A DNA stretch of 64,000 nucleotides from Rhizaria sp. SCN 62-66 (lineage: Eukaryota), in contig MEDY01000197.1 in NCBI GenBank assembly GCA_001724265.1, positions 1 to 64,000 on the forward strand, given 5' to 3'. How positions within the stretch are numbered: position 1 is the stretch's first letter; every line of letters begins with the position of its first letter. Below, piece after piece: positions 50,730 through 60,835 of the stretch. Both the position numbers and the translations under genes were made by a program. Under the pieces are notes generated by a model. It saw nothing but the letters and a program-made list of their open reading frames with translations, made no database searches and was not told the origin of the DNA.

Positions 50730-51821
50730 ATGGGCTGCACTGAGAGCCGTCCGCTGGACGAGAACGCGCTGTTGGAGGCCAACGTGCCCGTCCCGCGTCC
50801 CGCCGACGACCCCGATGACGAGGGCCTCTATTAGCCCGTCTCCCCCATCTCCCCCTCTGCCTCCCAGCAGCCGCCGCCGGACCCCGCGCCCGCGCCCGGC
50901 TTTGCCCCGCCGCGGCAGCCGATCCCGGGCGCGGGCGTGCGGCCTGTCAGCGACCTCGCGGCCCTCGCACAGCGCCGCGTCGCTCAAGCCTAGGAGCAAC
51001 GCCTCCACGACGCTCGCGTCCAAGAAGCAGAGGCTGCGAGGGTCGCGCTAGAGCAGCGCGCCGCCGCAAAGGAGAAGGTGCGCCGCGCGCTTGCCGGTGC
51101 TACGGCTGCGGACCTTCCAGGCGCGCAACAGCCCGTATCAGGCAGCGTTCTGACTGCGACAGGAGCATCAGCATCAGCATCGTCACCCTTCACAACCACC
51201 ACAACCACGGCCTCTGCGCCTGCTTCGATGGTTGTGCCGTCGCCGTCCCCGCCCGCAGCACACGCCGCCAGTGCACAGACCGCTGTTGCTGCCGCAGACG
51301 CGGCCGCCGCCCCCGCAGCAGCCGCCTCAGCCTCGAATAGTGCGAGTACGAGTGGCAATGATGCGAATGTACTGCCTGCGACAGTACTGACCCGCAGTGC
51401 ATCGCTTGGTCTCTCATTTACACCCGGTGGTAACATGATCGTCGCTCTCCCAGGCTCATCCCGCAGCGCGTCACGAGCACCCTCACGTGCGCCCTCCCCC
51501 GGCATCGCGCAACAGCAACAGCAACATCAGTCCAGCTCCAGTGCGTCGATGCTGTCGAGCAGTATGCAGTCGCGGCCCCCCGGCCCGTCCTCAGCGCTTT
51601 CAGGCGCGTCATTAATCAAAGCCACCATGGGTGCCCGCTCAAGTGCAACCAACAACAACAACAACAACAACAACACTACCAACAACAGCATCAGCAGTAG
51701 CGGCTTAGCTTTGTTGTCCAACTCGCGACCTGGATCACGCACGTCTAGCCGCCCCTCCACTGCACATGCGCCCATTTCACAGCCTCTCTCTCCCACCGCA
51801 GCCACCGCCGCAGTCGCCGCC

Positions 51822-51853
<32 letters not shown>

Positions 51854-54221
51854 GACGCAGTCCCTCGCCACCAGCGCCAGCGCGAGTGCGAGTCCGAGCG
51901 CGAGTGCGAGTACGAGCGCCAGCGCGAGTGAGAGTGCCACTGCGAACATGGGCGCGAGCAGCTCCCCGACAGTCGCGTCTGCGGCGCGTGCGAGCGTCAG
52001 CGCTAGCTCCAGCTCCACATCGAGCGCGGCGTTTGCGTTCGCCGAGACTGCTGCGCACAGTGACGCGCCCCCTCGCAGGCCCGGCACGCCCGGCCCCGCC
52101 TCCAAGGCCGCCGCTGCCGCGATGGCCGCCGCAGCCGCCGCGACTGCGAGCGCGACTGCGAGCGTCAGTGCAGTGCGGGACACGGGGCGCGAGGCCGCTG
52201 ACGGCGCCGGGCCTGCGATGGCGCTCGACCCCGATATGACCGACTACGACCACACCGACGCCGGCGAGGCCCACAGCGACGGTGACGACGATGCCGATAG
52301 TGATACAGGACTGCCATATATCGCACCTAGCGCACACTTACACTCGCACTCGCTGTCAAATGCGCTGCGGAATGGCTCTGTGAACTCATCAGAGAACGGC
52401 CGCTTGAACAACACCAACGCCAGTGCAAGTGCTAGTGCGACTGCAGGTTCTGGCGCTATTCTGCCGGACAGGGCGGCAATCACCGCGTCACGCCCTAAAT
52501 CAGCCTCGTCCTCCGCCTCCGCCTCTGCTTCCGCTTCGGCCGCCGCGTCGCCCTCCGCCGGCGCGCTCGCCAGTCAAACCGGAAGCTTCGCCGCACTCGG
52601 CTCCACAACAGCAGCAACGACGCCTTCACACAGCAACACTCTTGGTGCGACTACGTCTGTATCGAGCGCGGCCCCGTCGCGTCCCGGCTCAGCGCTGCGC
52701 CGCCAGCCCGTGTATCTCCCGCCGACACCGGCATCTTCGGCACACAGCGCTAACAGCGGCGGCGGCGGCGGCGGTGCGCAGAGCACTGGCATTGGTGTCG
52801 GCGGTGTGATGGCGATGGGGCCACTGTCGGCCTCGACCTCGGCCTCAGTGTCGGCGTCTGTGTCGGTCGCCAATACGCCTCTCAAGCCCTCACGCTCGGC
52901 CAACTCCACCGCCGCAGCTGCAACCGCAACAAGTAACGCGAATATTGCGGCCAATACAGCAGCTGGAGGGGCGTCCATGCTAGCGACGCCGTCGTCTGTT
53001 GCCGGCAGTGCGCCACAGACTACCGTCCGTGGGTTCGGCGGCAATTCAGTACTGCGCCCTAGTAGCGAAGTCCCGTCCCCACTGCGACCGACACTGCTGC
53101 TGCGCACAGGCCGCCGCCATAGCAGCTCCGACGACGACTGCTCTGGCACGGCGACGCTCAGCGAGAGTGACTACTCGATGACTGAGCCCCACACGGACAC
53201 GGCCGAGACTGTTCGGTCGTCGGTCAGGCTCGCGAACGCACTCGGGATTGGTTCCCCCGGTGAGGCGGAGGCGCAGTCGCAGGGTCTGCTCTCGCGCATC
53301 GTCTCCCGTGTCTCACACTCTCAGCAACTGCAACAGCAAATACAACATCAGCAGCAACATCAGCAACAGCAGCCGAATTCGCACCGGAATCCCCACGCCC
53401 GCGCTGCAGCCGCCGCTGCCGCCAAGGCCGCTTTGGCAGCCCCGCAACAGCACTCGAGTGCGGCGCCCTGCACTAGCGCCGCGAGTGGCGGTCTCTTGCG
53501 CATGTCTGTGAACGTCTCAGCGCTGCCCGCTGCTCCGAGCCGGTCGCTGTATCTGCACGGATCGTCGGCGGGCTCGTCGGGTCCCGTTGCGCCGTACGCG
53601 TCGGAGAGCTCGCCGCTGGCTATGTCGCCGCTTATGGGGCCGCAGTACGCGCCGGTGCGTTCGATGCCCCTGCTCGCCAACACCACCATGTCACACAAGA
53701 CCAACAACGCTAACAGTAACGTCACAGCGTCTGCGTCCGCGAATGCGTCTGCGAATGCGTCGAGTGCGAGTGTGAACAGTCGGTGGACGTTCGAGCATCA
53801 ACAAGACGGCAACGGCTGCGGATCTAAGTCATCGGCTTTAGACGCTCAGACGACTGAGCTACAGCAAGATAGCATGCAAAAACAGCAGCAACAGCAACAG
53901 CAGCAGCGCCAGGAGAACGAGTGCGTGACGCCCGACGCAGACGCCACCGCGCCCTCTGCTCTTAGGGCGACTGGGGCTGCTGCGGCTGGCGCAGAGCAGA
54001 CGCCGCCGCTGCCGTCGCTACCCGCTCCCGGTGTCACTCTGTCGCACATGTCCTTGACCGACGACCGCTCTCGCCACAGCGCGTCATCCGCCACGTCGTC
54101 GTCGCTGTCGTCTGCGGTGCTCACGCCCGCGGCCGCGCCCGCGTCCATGCTCGCCGCGTTTGCGATTGAGGAGACGGGCATCGAGCTCGAACTCGACAAC
54201 AGCAGCGCCTCTGCTCACCCG

Positions 54222-54306
<85 letters not shown>

Positions 54307-57300
54307 GTGTCGTCGCTCGATGCGACCGCGTTGCGCAGTGTCAGCAGCCGCAGCGACGACACCACCGGCGATCATGCCGACACAGAGTGCGTTTCCCCCG
54401 GGAAACCCCAGGTGCCCGACTCCAGCTCCACAGGCTCAGGCTCGGTGCCCAACTCGCTCTCCGGCACTAGCTCGTTCTCTTGCGGCGCCAGCGCCAGTGT
54501 GAGCTCCACGGTCGCCAACTCCCCCACAGCCGCTCTCACCACAACAACGCAAGCTGCCAGCGGTGCCGTCGCCGTCCCCGCATCAAGCTCAGCCCCCGAC
54601 GCCGCCCCCGACGCCGCCGTCGCCACCACCGCGCACGCCGCCGCTGACGCCACCAGTGCCGCCGCCGCCGCAGCCGGGGCCATGGCGGCCGCCGCCGAAG
54701 CCGTGGTCGCCGCGATCACCGAGCTCCCCTGGGAGCTTTCCCTGGCTTCCGCGGCCACAGCGCGCGCCCCCGACGCCGGATCCGCTCTCGGCGCTGTCGC
54801 CGCGCTGGCCAAAGAGCTATGCGCGCGGCCGAGCGCGATGGAGCGGCAGACCCGTTATTTCTCCCTCGGCCAGGGGCTGCCGCGGGCGCCGGCATGGGCA
54901 CGGCAGTCGCAGTCGCACGGGGCCCGCAGCGACTCCGCGGCGCCGCAGCTGACGCTCACCGTCGCCGAGGCCGAGGCCGCGGCGGCTGCGGCGCAAGAGC
55001 AGGCACAGACCGACGCCGCAGGCGTGCTGCCCGAGTGTGAGGCCATGTCTGTCGCACGCACGCACGCGACCATGCACCGCTTGACGGAGCCTGACAAGGA
55101 CTGGGTTGGCGCCCCGACGCCGCAGCACCCGGACGCGTACTCAGACCGCGAAATTGTTGCTCTCTTGCACCGCTGCACCGCCGCCGACCACCGTGCCAGC
55201 GCTGATATCAGTGTCACTGAGCCGAGAGTGCATACCTCGGCCGCAGCGAGCCTCTACTGGCGGCGCGCGCCAGCAGAACGGAGCGCTGGCTACCAGGGCC
55301 TCGCAGGCAAAGTCGCTATCCCCGGCGCGGCCACTGCACTCTCGCGCGCACAGTCGCAGTCGCGCCCCGGCTCACGCAGTGCGTCCCGCAGTGCGTCACG
55401 AAGTGGATCACGGCAGGGTTCTCGCGCCGGCTCGCGCCACAGCAGCCGCCGCAGCAGCGTCGTCGCTGGCTCTCTGACCACCGCGTCAACCGCGTCGCCC
55501 GCTGCCGTCGCCGCTGCGGCGTCGTCGGCGCTGGCGTCGGTCCCCGCGAGCTATCGGTGCACGATCCGCGAGTCCACATCTGTGGCGACCAGTGGTGTCA
55601 CGCGTACCATGGCCGCGCGCGTACTCGTCGCTGGGTTTCTCTCGCGCCTCGCCACCCAGCGCTTCTCGGCCGCGTTTGTAGAGGCGATCGGAGCGCATGA
55701 GACTGACGCCGCCGCCGACGCGGACAGCGGCCCCGGCGGCGCGCCCCCCGCGGCCACGGCCGAGGAAATCGCGAAGGCCGACGGCGAGGACGCGGCCGAC
55801 GCACAGGCCGCCGCGACCGCTGCCGCCGCCGCCGAAGCCGCGGCGACCGAGGCCGCGGCCGCCGCGGGGTCCGACGAGAGTGCCGCCGCCGCTGCTGCCG
55901 CGTCCGCCGCCGCCACCGCGGCTGCCTCGCTGTCGCCGTCGACCGCCGAGGCCCGCCGCAGCCCGCGTCTGCTGATCTCACTCGCACGCGCGCGCTCCGC
56001 GATCGACGCTGCTGCTGCCGGCAACAACAAGAGCGCGCAGTCCGCCGCGATGTCCGCGCGCGACGCGGCAATCCTCTCCCGGCTTTCTTCCGCCGCGCCC
56101 GCGCTGTTCGCGTTCATCGCGCGCACCGCTGACCTGCGCACGGTACGCGTGACCGACGCTGCCGACTACGCACGCTTCCTCACCGCACGCCGCGAATTCC
56201 ACGCCGCGGCCGGCACCGCGCCGACCGCCGGCGAGGACGACTGCCAGGTCGAGCGCGTTGAGCTGCGCGCGCAGCTGGGCGACGCGTTCCGCCGCGAACA
56301 CCCCGCCACGATGGCGCTGCTGGACCGCGTGGCGCGCGTGCGTGGCGCCTTCTACGCACTGCCCGTGCCCGCGGCCAACGCGAGCCCTGCCGCGGCGGCC
56401 GCGCTGGCCAACGCGCCGCTGCGCGCGACGACGCTGTGGAGCTACGACGGCGAGCGCCGCGAGTGGCGGTTTGAGTGGCTCAAACGCCGCGGCGCCGCAC
56501 AGTTTCTTTGGCTCGACGCCTCCGCGGGCAAGGCGGTGCGGCCGGTCGCCACGGGAGCGGCGGTAAAGCGCCCCGCGGCCGGCGCGCGCGCTGGCGGGAG
56601 TGTGGCCGGCGAGCGCGAACTCTGGCGCAGCTCAGTCTGGCTCGACTACGACCGGACGGGCCCCAATGCCTCGGCACCGGGCGGGCTGCCTGCGAAGTCG
56701 AACGACGCGAAGCTCGTGTTCCAGGCGCCCCCACCTCCTCAGTATGGCGCCGCGGCGGCTGGCGCGGCGTGGACCAAGCAGACCGCGGTGAGCGGCGTTG
56801 CCCCGGGAACGCTGCAGTACGCGCGGTGGCTCGCCCGCTCTGGCCGCGCACCGCCTGTTCTCCCTCTTGCCGCGATCCCGCTCGACCTCCCGGCCGCGGG
56901 TCCCCTGCGACTTAACTTCGAGATCGACGTCAAGTTCCTCGCGTGGAGCATCTCCCTCCCCGGTGTCGACATTGCCGTGCGCGCGCGTGACGTGCACCCG
57001 CTGTACCACCACTTGCCAGCGCAGGCCCACGGTTTGACCGCGGCTGACCTACCGGCACCGCGGCGCGCGCTCGTCATGGCACTCACTCACGCACAGCAAA
57101 AGCTCCGCACTCTGACCGCGGCTGGCGCTAGTAGCAGCGACACCGAGATTGACGAAGCGACCGCCGCGGTCGCCACTGCCGAGGCCGCGTGCCATGTCGC
57201 CGCCGCAGCACCCGCAGAAGCCGCGCTTGTCTCAGCGGCAGTTACGGTGTATGACAACGCGTTGTCGCAGCCCGGCGCGCGCGCCCGCGGCTGGGCTCCT

Positions 57301-58334
57301 CCGTCGGCCGCCTCTCAGGGCGCCTCCGCGGCCCGCGCCGCCACGGCCGCCTGTGCCGCGGCGTCTCCCGCGGCGTCTGGGACCGCGACGACGGCGCGTG
57401 TCTCCGCCGCGGGCGCCTCCTGGCCCACGGGGGAGTGGGCTGGCCGCCGCCCCGGCTGCGCGCGCGATGCGGTCATCTGGGCCAGCGGCGGCGGCGGCGC
57501 GCGCGGACAGCAACTGGGGTTCACTACGGTCACCACGTTCCGCCTTGCCGCCATGGCGCTGTCGCCGATGACCAAAGTCGCGCTTATGGTCATGGGGCTC
57601 AGCGACCTGGTCGATGTCGCCATCAAGTCCACGGAGATCACACTGGCGCATTATGCACCAGTGACCGCGGATGGACCCGCTGCGCCCGCGGAGTTTACGC
57701 CGATTGACGTAGACACGCTATTGCCGCTGGCCACGGTCTTTGATGCCGCGGCGAAGCGCGCCGCCGAGGCGCTTGCGCGGGTCAATACGAAGTCTGCCAC
57801 TGTGCAGGGTGAAACAGCGGTCGTCGCCAAGGCTGAGGTCGAGAAGAGTGTCTACGATAACGTACGTCAAATGATTTTCTATTTTTCATCGCCCAATTAT
57901 AATATTTCTTTAATATGTATCTGCTGTGGGATTTAATTAATTGTATCTCACTGTATTGCATGCTTTGATTCATCTTGTTTGTTTAGCTGTTGACGTCGCC
58001 GCCCGCAACGCTGATGGTTCCGTACAATAAGCCCGTTGTTGAGCTTTTTTTCACCACATCATCGCCCATCTCCTCGTGGGTGCAGAAGTTTATGGTACGT
58101 TATCACCCATATTAACCCAAAGGAATCAATTCTGCGACAAGTGTTAGCTTGATCGATCTTTGGATAGCACTCTCCTCACTCACCCATCACCTCTTCGCAT
58201 ATTTCATTTTCCGATTTTGTTTGCTTCTTACGTAGGCCGGTAACACGACGTACTACTTGGCGCGTTGGTTTTGCATGATGCGTTTTATCTACCGCTTGAA
58301 TCTCGCACTCGTACACGCTGTTGAGGCCACGTAA
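50730..58334 (+). CDS. Very large (about 2440 aa) protein of unknown function starting with the dual-acylation-like motif MGCTES; two in-frame TAG and one frame break at an AAC tract
   Basis: ATG at 50730 is in frame with track ORF 51078..54470 through TAG at 50832 and 50991. The frame switches to ORF 54160..57936 at the (AAC)28 tract. Exon 1 ends at 57861, followed by exons 57987-58094 and 58236-58334; both introns are GTACGT...TAG, phase 0. Stop TAA. Confidence 0.65.
54222..54305 (+). repeat. Perfect (AAC)28 microsatellite within coding sequence
   Basis: 84-nt uninterrupted AAC array, read as poly-Asn in the upstream frame and poly-Thr in the downstream frame. Confidence 0.97.
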
Positions 58335-58755
58335 GCACTGCTTTGTGTCAATCCACTCAGTCATCGATTCCCCGACTATCACAATATTCACACTCATATC
58401 AATCAGTTTGCAGTCTTGTTAAAGGTCTTTTTTTTTACACTATCACAGTGCATTTGCTCCGGCGCCTTGCGTTGTATTTATTCCGTATCTTTGCTCCCCA
58501 TATGTCTCCCTGTCGTGGCGTGTGACGCCTAGTTTATTACTAGTTGCCGTTGCATCGACTTATTGTAACTATTCCCGTGACTTTATATATTCCCGATACA
58601 CTTTCCATGCTCTATTCTTGATAGCTTAAGCTTCAAATGTATTTCTATGAAAATCTGTGCTATGTAACTGCACGTGTAGTAACACGCATGTGAATCTATG
58701 TAAGATAGGCTTGAACTGATGTTGTTCGGTTTTTGATATCTGCGCTCGTGCATAA

Positions 58756-60334
58756 TTAACTCATCAAATTAGCACAAAACGGCCCCGTGCAAACTGACAC
58801 ATCCCCCCACACGCGCCCCATCGCACTCCACGCGACACTCGTATTCTCAGCCAGACTCGCAGTCGCACTCGCAGCACTCAGTATGCCCAGAGTCGCGCCT
58901 GAATAGTACCATGCCAGAGCCCAGTCCGCGACTGCGGAAAGCGCCACAGCAGCAACAAAGCGCAATGCGACGCTGGCCAGCACACATGCCAGCACGCGCC
59001 CAGAATCCGCTGAAGTTGCAGTGACGCTGTTAGCGTTCACTGTCCTTGAGTTGGTATTACTGTCCGAAGCAATGCTGTCGTTTTTACCATCAGCGCGTGA
59101 GTCAGCCGCTGCGTCCGCGTCTGAGACAACAAGCGCGGCAGTGGCGGCGGATGCGACCGAGAGATATCCCATCGTGAGCAGCGCTACAAGCAGTGCATCT
59201 GCCACGCGCGGCAGCCACGGGTCCCCTGAGTGCGCGACTGCCAGTAACGCGGGTAAACGTGACAGCCAGAGGGCAAGCCACAGCGCCGCGCGCGCGCCGG
59301 GGCCAGTCGCTCTCGCCAGCACCAACGCAGCCACACCCGCAGACGCTTGTGCCCCCTCACATGTTCCTTCGCGTGCGACGCCACGCGTGTCTGTACGTGT
59401 GACAGCGCTCGTGACAGTGCGTGTACTTGTGATTGTGAGCTTCGAGAATACGGGTCGCAGTGCAAAAGTGAGTAGCGCGGGCTGCACAAGCGCGAATACA
59501 ACGTCTGCAGCGAGAGTAACCGCGCCGACAGCGAGCAAATGCGGCGCTGACACCGCAGCCACAGTCGCCGGCAGCAACGGCGGGAGAGATAGCGCAGTGC
59601 GCAGCGGCGCGTCGACAGCGGGCGTCAGTACAGTCGTCAAAAACTCCGGCAACGCGGCCGCTGTCAGCGTCACAGTCCCCGTGACAGCAGCGCTGACGGC
59701 AGCGGCTGTATTCGCGGCGGTACTGGCGACGAAAGTGACTATGGGCCGCGGGCACCAGACGGCGGGCCAGGGCGGCGAATTGACCATGGGGGGCAGCAAC
59801 GCGGCCAGATCGGCGTACGCCGCGGGGCGCGGTATCGCAAACGCATACCAGGCCATCGCAGCGCAAACAGCGCGCATAAGCAAGCAAGCGGTAAGCGCGA
59901 GGAGTGTCACAGGCGAGCGTTTCGGCGGCGGAGGCGGGATCGCGGCGGGCGTGGACTGCTTATGCGCTGGTAGCGGCGAGAGCGCGTCGGGAAACGTGAC
60001 CGTGCCGCAGGTAAGTGCGCGCGTGAAGACGGCGCGGTTATAGATGATATGCGCGAAAGCGGGTCCGCGGAAGAGGAGGAGGTCGAGCACGACGAGCAGT
60101 AGCGGCATCTCCACGTACGGGTCCGTATCAGCGCCGCAATGCGTGCACTTGCGCAGACGCAGCTGCAGAGCGATGCGCTCAACAACGCATGGCGTCGGCG
60201 TCCCGCTATTAATGCCAAAATAGAATAAAAATATGGTGTGAGGCGCGCGTTGTCTGAGAGGGTTGCATCAAGTGAATCGGACGAGGGTCAGAGCAAAGCT
60301 GGACGTACCACGAGACGCAGACATATGGGTCCAT
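58756..60334 (-). CDS. ARV1: ARV1-family ER membrane protein (sterol/GPI homeostasis), about 491 aa
   Basis: Exons 60334-60309 and 60205-58756; intron GTACGT...TAG, phase 2. Splicing restores the Arv1 zinc motif CVSCG...LRLRKCTHCGADTDPYVE and the following LDLLLFRGPAFAHIIYN. Several TM segments follow. Stop TAA. Confidence 0.88.
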
Positions 60335-60835
60335 AATTACCACAACAAACGCCTTCTAGTTGCAGCAGGCAGGTGTAAAAGTAACAAGTTCGCTAACGGA
60401 GGTTTTAAGCCAGATCAACAATGACGTTCATACTTGCAACCGCTCTGACTGATCCAGAGTCGGCCAAAAAATCGATTCTGGAACGGGTTCCGAAAAAACA
60501 TCGTTTCTTCAAATCGGCTTCTGGTGCAATACAGGCCATACTGCACCAAGACGTTATCGACTGATTATCTAATTGAACTCATATTTATTCGCGAGTATGT
60601 GCTACTATGTGGGCCTTGCCAAATTTGAACGCTCGTTGTGTACCTTGCATATATCGTCCTTCAAGAAGCAAACCTGTCTGTCCGAATGAATATGGCTGAT
60701 TCATCGATGCACGCTCTCACCGTGGCCCTTTCACTGTTTGTTCCAAAGACACCCTTCACTAGCTACCCACAGAGATTTTTTACCTCACAGACCTGTCGAC
60801 CCCTTGAGTTCAAGCTTGCCTGTGCGGCTACTACG

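Noticed and set aside
6908-50993. In-frame TAGs as 3' splice sites of unrecognised introns (some have short pyrimidine runs, e.g. GTTTTCTAG, CTCTTAG)
   Set aside because: I found no GTACG-type donor at the 100-260 nt distance typical here. The upstream DNA is GC-rich and coding-like (repeat register, conserved domain), unlike the real introns. This is not fully excluded at 24242, where GTACA sites exist.
6908-50993. Pseudogenisation or random sequencing error as the source of internal stops
   Set aside because: All seven internal stops are TAG. Random decay or error should also give TAA and TGA (from abundant CAA, CGA, TGG) and more frameshifts. Raw reads are still needed to be sure.
6908-50993. 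Pyrrolysine or programmed readthrough
   Set aside because: Pyrrolysine is known only from prokaryotes and no pyl genes are present here. The sites share no 3' context, and three genes have paired TAGs.
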